From Camelus dromedarius (Eukaryota): DNA of 64,000 nt. Positions 13,201-24,522 of this stretch are shown piece after piece (the stretch's first letter is position 1; each line of letters begins with the position of its first letter). The notes below the pieces were generated by a model that had not been told where the DNA came from, made no database searches, and saw nothing but the letters and a program-made list of their open reading frames with translations. Location of the stretch: assembly GCF_036321535.1 (NCBI RefSeq), contig NC_087436.1, forward strand, positions 60,328,001-60,392,000. Direction: 5' to 3'. Both the position numbers and the translations under genes were made by a program.

Positions 13201-14532
13201 ACAATGCATGCTACAGTATTAGCATATTAATTTTCAATGATATTGGTCAGGCATTAAAGTGAAATGAAATATGCTTAAGGCATTAGCTGTAAATTCAGTG
13301 AACATGATACTTAAACCAGTTATACAAAAGGAGAAAGAAGGAAAGACAGAAAAAGTAGAAAGAACAGAGAGAAAACACAAGGGATGGTACCAGAGAAGCA
13401 TGGTTTGAGCCTGATGTTTGTCAGCTAAGGAGGAAACAGTGCATGACCAAGGTACTCAGAGCATGTACAATCTGGTTCTTCATAAAGTACTGAACCTTCC
13501 TGATGATTCTGCGTTCTTACAATTTCTCTTTTCTACTCAGCATTCCAGTTCCTGGGTGTCATGCAGATTCAGTGTTTTAAGACTGTGTAGAGTCTCTACT
13601 TTATAAAAAAAAGAGAGAAGGACAGAAACATTAAAATATTCTGGGCTATAGGCACTAGGTCTTTTAAAAATCATAATTAATAATTATTACCTACAATGAT
13701 ATATGTGGATATTAACTAAAGCTATACATAAATATGTAAGTTTTAAAACTCTTAACATTTTTAATTGCTTAAGCTTTTTAGACCTGACAAAATATTTGGT
13801 ATCATTAATAGTAATCCTAGTAGGCTTATAATTGGGATTGCAATTGAGATTGGGCTCTGTTGGAAAAGACTTTATTTGAAAAAAAAAAAAAACTCTTTAT
13901 GGAAGGAGTTGTTGAAATACATTGGGGTTCACAATTGGAAAAGACTTTATCTGGAAAACAACCTCCATATGAGTGGAAATAGTCTCATATTCTTAGAGTG
14001 CTTTTGTTTCTTTTGTGCTGGAACCTTGTCTCTTTCCACAATAATCACTTTTAATTATCTCTTGCTAGAAAATTTTTAAAATAGCAGAATCTAAGCCTTG
14101 AACTAAACCCTTTACTTAGATTATTATTACTACTTTTCTGTAGTTAAGGTTCAAATAACTTTCTTTTAAAAAATAAGCCCAAAGTGTCCTAATTTATAAA
14201 CCTCAATTTAAAAAAAATCACAGCGGCTCTTGTTGCACATATAGTAAAGTTTCAGATAATCTGTAAAGATTATGAATCATCCTGATCTAATGCATTAGAA
14301 TTTTTTAAAAGCTGATATAGCATTTGAACTTCCATTTGTGAGTTCTTGGATTGGATTTGGTGCAAGTCAGGCAGTACAGTGGCTTATACAAATCCTTAAA
14401 ATTTATGCTGCTGGAGATTGATATCATCACATGAACCTATGACTTCTGCTATTCAACATTACTTTTCCATTTTAAAAGCATAACCTTCTGATGTGTGCAG
14501 GCACAACATATCTGCAATTATATAATTACATG

Positions 14533-14544
14533 ATGCATATGCAT
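14533..14544. promoter_or_regulatory. Perfect MORE element (ATGCATATGCAT), candidate POU homodimer site
   Basis: Exact 12-bp palindrome in sequence with no recognisable repeat. Motif match only; function not shown. Confidence 0.35.
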
Positions 14545-15197
14545 AATGTTGGAATTACAGATGCTTCTCTGTGCTCACAGAGCTGACAGTGTGAAAAATG
14601 CTACTGTTCTATCTGTTCATTGTAAGCAGCTAGAAAATTAAAATGCTCACGACTCTTCTTAAGCCATTAACCAAAATGGTCAACAGACTGATTTTTATTG
14701 CTTCTTCTCTTGGAAACATTTAAATAACTGTCCAATTAAATTCAACAGTCTGCATATGTGTTTATTATAGTAACTTTAGGCTAAAACATAGATTATTGGT
14801 TGTTCGAATTTTTTGCTAATTCTACAAATAAATGAACACCTAAATAAATGTCAGTTGACCACTTCTTTGTTAATTCTAGATCCAGAATCAAATACCAAAA
14901 GTAGAAAGCCCAGATCAAAATATGACAAGAACAAAATGAGCAATAAATTTCCCAATCAAATTCCGGAGAGAAAAAATAGATATATTAAACTGATGTTCTG
15001 GTTCAGTGGCAGTAGTATTCCAGTGTCTTTTGGTTTTCTTTCAGGCATTAGACTTTTAAAAGAAATCTTAATGCATGGTGGTTGTTGTTTCCTTTTTTCA
15101 ATTAGATGCAGTTCAAATAAGGTGATATGCTATACAGCCTCAAATGAGGCTTCTCAAAAATTTCTTTTGTAGATTAGAGGAAACAAAGGATATGTGT

Positions 15198-15216
15198 ATG
15201 TGCCCTCTGCTGGCAA
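15198..15216 (-). promoter_or_regulatory. Candidate CTCF binding site
   Basis: Minus strand TTGCCAGCAGAGGGCACAT fits the CTCF core CCASYAGRKGGCRS. Motif match only. Confidence 0.5.
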
Positions 15217-15869
15217 AGTTAAGATCATAGTTTCTTTCTAGAGACAATAGAAACAAAATGTTGGAAGCAGAACAGCATATTATATTCAAAGACATTTTAC
15301 AGAAGGAGCAAAACAGATTTGAATTAATTAAGTAAATGTCTCGAAAGAATTGCAGGCAAGTTTGGTATTGCGGTTTACAGCAAGGCTAGATGAAGTTACG
15401 GGAAAATAACAATGTTATTTTTTACTCTTCAAAATTTTATATTAATTTGTTGAAAAGTGATGATGCTTACACATCTAATCTGGTTAATTCCAATAAGATT
15501 CTAGAAGACAAAATAAAGCAAAATTACTTTATAAGATTAATTCAAACTTTGTAAGCCTCCGACAATAATTATAGTCTATTTGTCTCTCAATCTTAAAACC
15601 AGATAAATTTGGTATTCCTAGAATCAGCAGAATATTGATCTTTTCAACTGAATTGACCTGATCTAACATTTCCATTTTTTTAAAGTCTTGGAAATGATAT
15701 TAAAAATGAATTTGCATAAGCTTATCAATTTGAAGAAGCAAAATTTAAGGAAAAAAATATAGAATAAAGTAAAATGAATTTGCCCCAGGAATTCTATAAA
15801 ACATTGACAAATGTCCTCCAAACTGAAAACACTTGCAGAGAATATAAATGAGTAATAGGGATGTGATCA

Positions 15870-16330
15870 ATGCATTAGTGTCAGCTCAGGAGAGTGTGAC
15901 AAATGGGTCCTGGAAGAGTTGATTTGGGGCCTCATGTTGGTCTATCTTCTCTTCCAGTGCCTGGATGATAAAATGCAGAACATATTTTTTAAATCTGAAA
16001 GTGACATTAAGGAGCTGAAGATTGATTCAGTCCGAATTTGGAAAATGGTGTTTCGGAGGTAAAAGGTGCCTCAGGAATTAATCTAATCAAAGCCTTTTAT
16101 TTTGCAAATGAGAAAATTGAGGCCCAGAAAGATTAAGGTCATAAAGATTGGAAGAAACCATAGGTTAATAAAGAAATCATCAGATACAGAATGTAGTTCA
16201 ATAAAGACGGTTGTGGGTCTGTACATTAGGAGAGAAAACAAATAAAATATTCCATAAATCTGGAAGAAAATGGCTTGTGGTCATAGTTCATGAGAAATTG
16301 ACCATGAATCATTAATCTGAGAGTATAGTA
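15870..16330 (+). mobile_element. Ancient CR1/L3 LINE fragments, interrupted by a MIR-like piece (~16060-16145)
   Basis: agtgcctggatgataaaatgcagaacatattttttaaatctgaaagtgacattaag and gttcaataaagac...tacattaggagagaaaacaaat resemble the CR1 reverse-transcriptase region; highly diverged. Confidence 0.45.
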
Positions 16331-19095
16331 TAAAATTTTTTCTTAAAAAATCCAAACTCTACAGTATTAACAGATTGAAGAGAATTCAGAAAGGAGGGAA
16401 ATGTCTAGCTAAAAATATATAAATGTGTATAAAGGGTCAGGGAATCTATTCCTTATGCTGCTACCAAACAGTTAAAAACTTTGATCAGTTACTTAATCTA
16501 TTTGACCCTCAGTTTCTAACTGTATAAAATAAACAAGTCAGTTAAGTGATCATTCCTTCTCATTAGCTTTTTAGGAACTGCTCTAATGGCAGGCACACAC
16601 CTACTGAAAGGGGGGTTCCTGAGGGGTACATACAATGATACATTATTTTTAATTAAAAATTATATAACTTTATAAATTTGAAGAATAGTTGCAAAACTAA
16701 CGAGTCAGGAAGAAATCAGAGATTTTTAGAGAATTCAGATTAAGGGAGAAGAAATAGAAAAAGAGAAATGTGAGTTAGCCATGTCAGCACAGAGTTTTTA
16801 TAACTAGAATGTCAAATACTCCAATTCTTTTATTTCAGTTGTGAAGAAATGGAGAATGGGAAAGTTAAATGATATGATTGAAGTGAAAAGTTAACAAATG
16901 GCAGAAAACAAAAATTTAAGTCCAAGTCACATACTTGCCCCTAATAAAGTAGCAAGCTGTACTCTGTTACTGTGGCTAGAATGATAGACTTGAAGCATAG
17001 AGAACTTAATTCCGAAGCATTCTCTCTACCTCTTTTAAGAGGAAAACAAACCAACCAACAGACAAGTTAATGTCTAGCATCTAGCAATCTGGATAATAAA
17101 TAGAAATTATTTGATGACCCATTTTTTATATTTTAATTATTCTTTTTTTCATTTTCACTTCACTTGCATATTTTCTTAATGGCATTGCATATTTCTCCTT
17201 GTTAGTTATACATGTAGTTAATTTTTGAATGTTAAATAAAACTTTCTAAGAGAGAGTAATGAAGTCTGTTTTACAGAAATATTTTAAGTTTACTATATAG
17301 CCACATTTATAGTCAATGAATCAGAGTATAGCAGACAGTAACACTTCATCTGTGGGTTTATTTCTTACTGGCCTGACACCTTTAACAGCCTACTTATTCA
17401 GGTTTCATGTTTCTGTTTCCTCAGAAATGTATATGTATATAATCTGCCAAAAAGTAATGTTGAGGAGACAGGCAATGATTTTAACATATGTGGAAAATAC
17501 ACATATAATAAACTCTCCAGAACAAAGGCGCATGCCTGTCTTGATAAGTGAAAAATCATAAAGGACCATTTGCCAGATTGAAGAGTAATGCTGCAAGATG
17601 TAAAAGTGTCTTGAGATGAGGAAATACAGCAGGGGTATGACACAGTTGGATCAGAAAAAGGACCATGCAGATGGAGTCGAAGTTCTGATGAATATAACAA
17701 AATACAGTCAAGCTGTGTACCAAATGAAGGGAATGGGAACTCCAGGGGTGACAGCTTAGCATTAGATGGCAAAAGCACATAAAAAGAAAAGTACTGATAC
17801 AACTACTGGTATTCACATTCTTTGGAAAAGCTGAAAGTCAGATTTGAAACAATGTGTAAAACCTATTAACAGCAGAAGGTGCCTTACTGAGCGAGGCATG
17901 ATCAGATCTTCACACTTGCAGGCTGTCCAGGCCATTTGCAACCAACTGTAAACAGTGGTAAAATCTAAGTAACACTGAGGTAAAGGGAAGTAATGGCTGC
18001 TATGTAGGAATGGAAAGCAAACCCAGTTGTAAGTCCTCCACTTAATAATATACACCGGGCTGAAGTTTCTAGAACATGGTAAGACTTCCTCTTGGGACAG
18101 TCATTTCTTTCAGAGGGATTTGGATGGGAGGCATGCTCTGTGTAGTATAATTTCAAAAGAGGAAGCTGACAAGTTTTACTGCCAGTGAAAATGTTGCTAG
18201 TGGCCAGTTTTAAAGGGCCTTTTCCAGTGCACTGTGTAAAGACAATGTGACTGCTTTTAATATCACTTCAAATATCCAAGAAGTGCTCTGGGGAACCACA
18301 GCTGGCCATCCACATCAGAATTTTATAGGCAGTTCCACGCTTTATTAAGATCAAGGATTCTGGGTTTTATTCCCATTCTTTTTATTGTCTAAGTTATTCT
18401 GGTTTCCTATGAAGTTCAGTGGTGCAGGTTAGTTATTGTAATACTCACTGCTAGTAATTTTCATATTTCTTAAAAACAAATTATAATTTTCAAGTAAATT
18501 AAAATTCTACAGTCAGAGGTGATTTTCATTTTTAAAATGAAACTAATTTTATCAAGTATTCATACATAATGGAAAAAAACCATAGCTTTGTATATTCAGG
18601 TAATCTATATTTACAATACAATTTTCTCTGGTAGATAAATATACAAGGTATTAGAGAACTTTAGAAACAAAGTTCTATTGGTTTTGATCAACAGCCTCAG
18701 TTGTTTCAAAAACTGATGATTTGTTCCTGAAAATTGTTCCCGACTGTATTTCACTGATGGTTTCCAATCAGCAACTCTATCACACTCTCCCTCTGGTCTA
18801 GCTCTGTCCTTGTCCACGTATCCACTCTGGACCCCTAACAGCTGAGCGTTTCTCTCCTCACATGTATAGAGCTGCTGGTGAGAGGGTGGCTCTGGAAGAG
18901 GTAACTCACATGAGTGACACAGTGCCTGGGTGCCCCCAAACTTTCAGCTCTTAATTTGAGGCTCCATTTCCTGGCAATTAGGTAAAATCTTCACTCTCTT
19001 GAGAAGAAACAAAATGAAGTTCATATTTTAGGATATTCTCATCCATAGTGCTCTAATAGGTATGTAATAAATTATAAAATTATAATTAACCTGCC

Positions 19096-20601
19096 TATCT
19101 TGGTCTGTTTGGGTTACTAAAACAAAATACCATAGACTGGGTGGCTTCAACAACAAACACTTACTACTTGCAAGCTTCTGCACAGCAAAGGAAACCATAA
19201 AAAAAACAAAACGACAACCTACGGAATGGGAGAAAATATTTGCAAAAGATGAAACTGACAAAGGCTTGATCTCCAGAGTGTATAAGCAGCTCATATGACA
19301 TAATAGGAAAAAACAAACAACCCAATCCAAAAATGGGCAGAAGACCTAAACAAGCAATTCTCCAAGGAAGAAATACAAATGATCAACAGGCACATGAAAA
19401 AATGCTATCACTAATTATCAGAGAAATGCAAATCAAAACTGCAATGAGGTATCACCTCACACCAGCCAGATGGTCATCATTAAAAAGTCCACCAATGATA
19501 AATGCTGGAGAGGATGTGGAGAAAAGGGAACCCTCCTAAACCACTGGTGGGAATGGATTTTGGTGCAGCCATTATGGAAAACTGTAAGGAAACTCCTCGA
19601 AAGACTAGGAATAGACTTACCATATGACCCAGAAATACTACTCTTGGGCATATATCCAGAAGGAACCCTACTTCAAAAAGACACCTTGCACCCCAATGTT
19701 CATAGCAGCACTATTTACAATAGCCAAGACATGGAAACAGCCTAAATGTCCATAAACAGATGACTGGATAAAGAAGATGTGGTATATTTATACAATGGAA
19801 TACTATTCAGCCATAAAAATGACAACACAACACCATTTGCAGCAATATGGATGTCCCCGGAGAATGTCATTCTAAGTGAAGTAAGCCAGAAAGAGAAAGA
19901 AAAATACCATATGAGTTCGTTCATATGTGGAATCTAAAAAAGGAAAAAAACCCATAAATACAAAACAGAAACAGACTCATAGACATAGAATACAAACTTG
20001 TGGTTGCCAAGGGGAGTGAGGTGGGAAGGGACAGACTGGGAGTTCAAAATTTGTAGGTACTGACAGGCATATGCAGAATAGATAAACAAGATTATACTGT
20101 ATAGCACTGGGAAGTATATATAAGATCTTGTGGTGGCTCACAGCGAAAAAGAATGTGACAATGAATATATGTATGTTTGTATATAACTGAAAAATTGTGT
20201 TCTATGCTGGAAATTGACAAAACATTTTAAACTGACTATAACTCAATAAAAAAATGTTAAAAACAACAACAACAACAAACACTTATTTCTCACAGTTCTG
20301 GAGTCTGGGAAAAGAAGGAATGATTTTCTAAATTTTTGTTTCCAAAACAATAATTTCTAATCACATTTAATGTCAATAAAAACTTTCATTTATATAATAA
20401 ATAATAATAATAATCTGTATGCAATATAGCTTAAAAAGAACTACATTTTATTTTAGGACTGGAAACAAGTCATGCTATCTAATATTTTGGGCCCATCCAG
20501 ATTACCTCACTTTACCTTAATTAGCCCTTTAAAGCCCTATCTCCAGATACAGTCACATTCCGAGGTATAGGGTTTTAGGAATTAGTATGAATTTTGGAGG
20601 G
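19096..20601 (-). mobile_element. MLT1A-like MaLR LTR, fragmented (pieces ~19096-19163, 20270-20310, 20488-20601)
   Basis: acaaaataccatagactgggtggctt / ttatttctcacagttctggag / ccctatctccagatacagtcacattccgaggta...cccatagca are consecutive segments of the reverse MLT1A consensus. Confidence 0.8.
19164..20269 (+). mobile_element. Relatively young 5'-truncated L1 (ORF2 C-terminus, 3' UTR, A-rich tail)
   Basis: ORF2p cysteine-rich domain remnant [18 protein letters not shown]...QPLWK...[19 protein letters not shown] near 20245; perfect 16-bp TSD caacaacaaacactta at 19148-19163 and 20270-20285. Confidence 0.95.
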
Positions 20602-20929
20602 TTCACAACTTGGCCCATAGCAAAGTTTATGTAGAATGATACTTCTTGGTAAAAGCATTAGAACAATTAGGAGTATATTAACTCTTTAATATATTGGAAG
20701 GCAATGTATTAAATCTTCCTCATAAAATCACCAAACTATATATCCTCATGTCATCTCTGAGATTGGTCAGTCCAACTGCCCATTTAACGTGGAAGAAAGG
20801 GAAGCCTGGCAGGTGGACGTGACTTATTCAAATTCACTCTGCTGCGTCTTTCCATAATAAGTGCTTCATCTGTGTTTCATTCACTGATGATCTCAACACA
20901 AGTTAGTGCACACTTCCTAGATTTTCAAC

Positions 20930-21950
20930 ACTGTGATACACGCTGTGGAGTTTGTGGCAGGCATAGGCAGAAATAGTCCTAGTCCTTGTGAAGCTTACAG
21001 CCTCAGAGGAAGTAAAAGTATTACAGAATAATCATGCCAAAGATATTAAACCCCACTGTGATAAATAATTCAAGAGAAATCCCTAGTGCTGTGAGAACCT
21101 GCAGTTCGGTGACAATGTAATCAGGAAGATTTTTCAGCAGAAGGAAACTCGAACTGAAGGCTGAATTATGAGCAGGAATTAACCAAACAAGGAAGGCAGA
21201 GAACGTTCTGTAGAAAGGCCCCCCGGGGCGGGAGGTCCACCAAGCCTTACCTGATGTGCAGCTCCCATTACCTCTCTGCCCTCTCTCCACTGCTCCCCCT
21301 TCACCCGCTCAAGCTCACTCACTGGGTCCTCCTTGCCATCCTCTGGACAGCATCTTAACGTTCTAGTTCTCCTTCTTCAGATATCTTCTCAGCCAACTCC
21401 TTAATGTACATCAGATCCACATTCTCAATGAAGTCTATCCTGCCCACCCAATTTTCTATAAGACTAGAACTTGCTCCGCTACATCCTCCAGGACTGCTTT
21501 ATCTGGCTTGATCATTCTTTCTTCTCCCCATAAGATATCCCTTTTTCATACAGTTTGTCATTTGTTTAAATACCAAATGATACCAAATACCAAATGATAC
21601 CAAATACCAAATGTTGTGCATTGATGGACTTTTCAGCTAGAACACAGGCTCTGTTGATGGCAGCAATCTTTGCCTGGTGTATACCAAATTTGGGGAATGT
21701 ATACCAAATACCACAGACAGATACATAGTAGTCATTCAAGAAATACTTATTGATTGAATTGACCGATTTATTGATTGCTGAAGCAAGGCTTGTGTCTGGA
21801 GCATGAAGTTTAGAGAGGTAGTTAGGGGCCAGACCTTACAGCCCTATGATATTTTGTAACTAACAGAGAGAGAGAGCTATTAAAAGTTTGTGAGAAGGGG
21901 AACGTGAGCAGATTTAAATTTTGAAAAAGTACCTCTGGTGTTAATTGCTG
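20930..21950. mobile_element. Nested L2 LINE fragments (minus-strand pieces flanking a plus-strand 3' end at ~21290-21765)
   Basis: Minus-strand L2 motifs (gtccttgtgaagcttacagcct; aggggccagaccttacagccct) and plus-strand L2 terminus acatagtagtcattcaagaaatacttattgattgaattga. Confidence 0.6.
21568..21613. repeat. Short tandem repeat, 17-bp unit taccaaatgataccaaa (~2.5 copies)
   Basis: taccaaatgataccaaa taccaaatgataccaaa taccaaatg. Confidence 0.9.
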
Positions 21951-21976
21951 GAGTCAAGAAAAATTTAGGAGGTAAA

Positions 21977-22256
21977 TCCTTGGTTAAGTTTACTCCTAGG
22001 TGTTTTGTTGTTTTTGATGCAATGGAAATGTTTATGCCAGTTATAAAATTCCAGTTTTTGAAGTGAAAAAAAAAGTGATTGAAGGGCCACAAATGGCAAA
22101 ATATCCTTCTTTTCTGTGGGTGAGTTGTATTCTGTTACATATATATATACTACATTTTCTTTATCCATTCATCTATTGATGTGCACTCATATTTTAGCAA
22201 TTATAAATAATGCTGTTGAAAAAAATAAAATAAATTACTTACAAAGCCAAAAAAAC
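21977..22256. mobile_element. Rearranged (inverted) L1 insertion with TSD
   Basis: Two antisense L1 pieces followed by a plus-strand A-rich tail, flanked by direct repeat taggaggtaaa at 21966-21976 and 22257-22267. Confidence 0.7.
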
Positions 22257-22384
22257 TAGGAGGTAAAATGTTGATTACATGAAGAATGTATGTGTAGCCA
22301 AGAATGCATCCTTTTTCTTGATTCCTAGTCCATGTTCTTTATATTACAGAGGGAGAGAGAGAGAGAAAAAGACTTTATATTCAG

Positions 22385-22570
22385 TAGGTTCTCAGCTTAA
22401 ATCCTGATTTCAAAACATACTAAGTGACTTTGGACAAGTAACTTAACCTCTGAGACCCTCGAATTACCTTCTGTGCAAAAGGAGTAAAACTTGCTAACAG
22501 GCAGATTTTCTATAAATACTAAATTAGAAAATGCATGTCAAGCTCCTAGTAGTCAACAATTAGAAGTTAT
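22385..22570 (+). mobile_element. MIR SINE
   Basis: gtgactttggacaagtaacttaacctctgag...ctgtgcaaaaggag is the MIR core. Confidence 0.75.
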
Positions 22571-22759
22571 TCTTAGTAGCATCTTTCTCTGAGGAATAAC
22601 TTTCTCTAGGGTAAAAAAAGCTGTTTTATAAGGTTTGATTTGCATTTTGGCTTTTCTTCAAAATGTCACTTGCGAATATTGCAATATTAAATGTCGTGTC
22701 GCTACTTCTGTCAGAGAAAGTGTTTACTGTAATTGTCACCTTCAACAATGCCTACTGTT

Positions 22760-23226
22760 TATGGTAGACTATTGCAGTAATGGCCTCCAATTGTCACCTC
22801 CCACACTGACTGCAGACTTGGCCACATGACTTGCTTTTGCAGATGCAATAGCAAACATGAATAAGCAGAGGCTTGCAAAGCACTTGGGATTGCCCTCTTT
22901 GCTGCTCCTGCAATCGCTGTGACTGTCCCCTGTCAAGAAGTCCATGCTGGCCTCCTGGAGGAGGAGTGACCGTATAGAACTGAGATGTGTTATGTCAGCT
23001 GAAGCCCCCAAGCTCAAGCACACTGCCAGTGGCCATTTTCAAAAAGTCATCCTAGACCAAACAGCCCAACCAAGACATTATGTGACCTCAGGGGTCACAC
23101 AAGTGGATTCAGACCAGAAGAACTGACTAGTGGATCCCATGGCTCATGAGAAAGAAAAAAAGTGTGTTGTTTCAGGCCACTAAGTTTTTGAATGGTTCAT
23201 TGTGCACCAAAATCATTTAATTGACA
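22760..23226 (+). mobile_element. MLT1 (G/H-like) MaLR LTR
   Basis: cttggccacatgacttgcttt...agaccagaagaactg...tgttgtttcaggccactaagttttt are diagnostic MLT1 segments. Confidence 0.75.
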
Positions 23227-23829
23227 TATTGTATCTCCAGTCCCTACCAAGGTGCCTGGAACATAGTAGATGATCAATAAATACTCCAAGAAGTCTGAAT
23301 CTTTTCTTAATGGCCTTAAAACGCTGTGTGGTTGGATTAATTGCTAAAGCTTAATGTTTTGAATAAGAAACAACTTTTATTCAGCAGTTAATACAATGAG
23401 CTATCCTTTTTCTGCCTTGACAAATATTGTTTGCTTAAACTTGTGTGTGATTTATAAGCTGTAAAGATCAAGTATCATTTTGGTTCTGTGTTAATTTTAA
23501 AGTTTTAATTTGCATGAGCTAATTACTAATTATGAGTGTCAGGAAAAATATTTTCGCATACACATCCACATACTCACTTTAAAATGCATGTATGTATGCA
23601 TGTGTGTATACATGTATATATGTGGGGGTATGTGTATATAGGTATGTGTATATATATGCAAGTGGTTACATTGCACATCGTGAAGATTAAATAAAATTTT
23701 GTTATACAGTTTGGAGAGCAGCCACAGTTGAGACAAAAAGTTGGCTAAAATCAGCTGTGGAGAAATTAGAACATATCTTGAAGGCTGACATCTCACTCAG
23801 CATAAACATAAAGTACTTAGAGTACTTAC

Positions 23830-24345
23830 TATGACTTATAAGGCCCTACATACACTGTTACATGTTACTTTCTGACTTTGTTTCTAACTATACACCTTCT
23901 CATTCTCTCCACTACAGCTCTGATGGTCCTCTTTTTGTTCTCCAAACTTTACAAATATGCTTGCCTCAGGGCCTTTGTACTTTCTAATCCCAATGCTTAG
24001 ATAGTTTTCCCAAATAGTCATATGGCTAATTCACTCACTTCCTTCAGGTTTTTGCTTAATAGCCACTTTTGCAACAACACCTTCCCCGGTTGACCTATTT
24101 AATTTCTCAACTGCCTTTCAGCATGTCTCTGATTTCTCCCACCTCTCTGATTTCTATTTTCTCCTTAACACTCATCTCTGTATCACATCCTATGTATTTT
24201 ACTTATTTATCTTCTTTATTGTCTACCTCCCCACACCAGAATACAGCCAAATAAGGGTAGGAATTTTATCTGTTTTATGCTCAGTACCTAAATAAAATGG
24301 GCTGACATATAATAAAAGCCCACTGATATTTGTGAAATAAATGAA
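23830..24345 (+). mobile_element. L2a LINE 3' fragment
   Basis: aaggccctaca...tgcctcagggcctttgtactt...ctcacttccttcaggt...atatttgtgaaataaatgaa L2 3' end. Confidence 0.8.
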
Positions 24346-24348
24346 AGA

Positions 24349-24522
24349 CAGGGGTTCTTATTCCTAGGTATTTCAGAGCCTCTGTGAATTAGCTGGACAT
24401 TTTATAGAACTTTGATGTAAATGTAAATATAATTGCAGTGTTATTGGGAAAAGGTCCATAACTTTCAGCAGATTAACAGATTGCTTGGAATAGGTACCCA
24501 AAATGTTGCAAATAATTGATCT
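24349..24522. mobile_element. MER103C-like hAT MITE
   Basis: Begins caggggttctta and contains ggtccataactttcagcagatt. Confidence 0.5.

Noticed and set aside
17316..18156. Cluster of overlapping ORFs (up to 134 aa) in non-repeat DNA
   Set aside because: No consistent frame, splice pattern or protein similarity that I can recognise.
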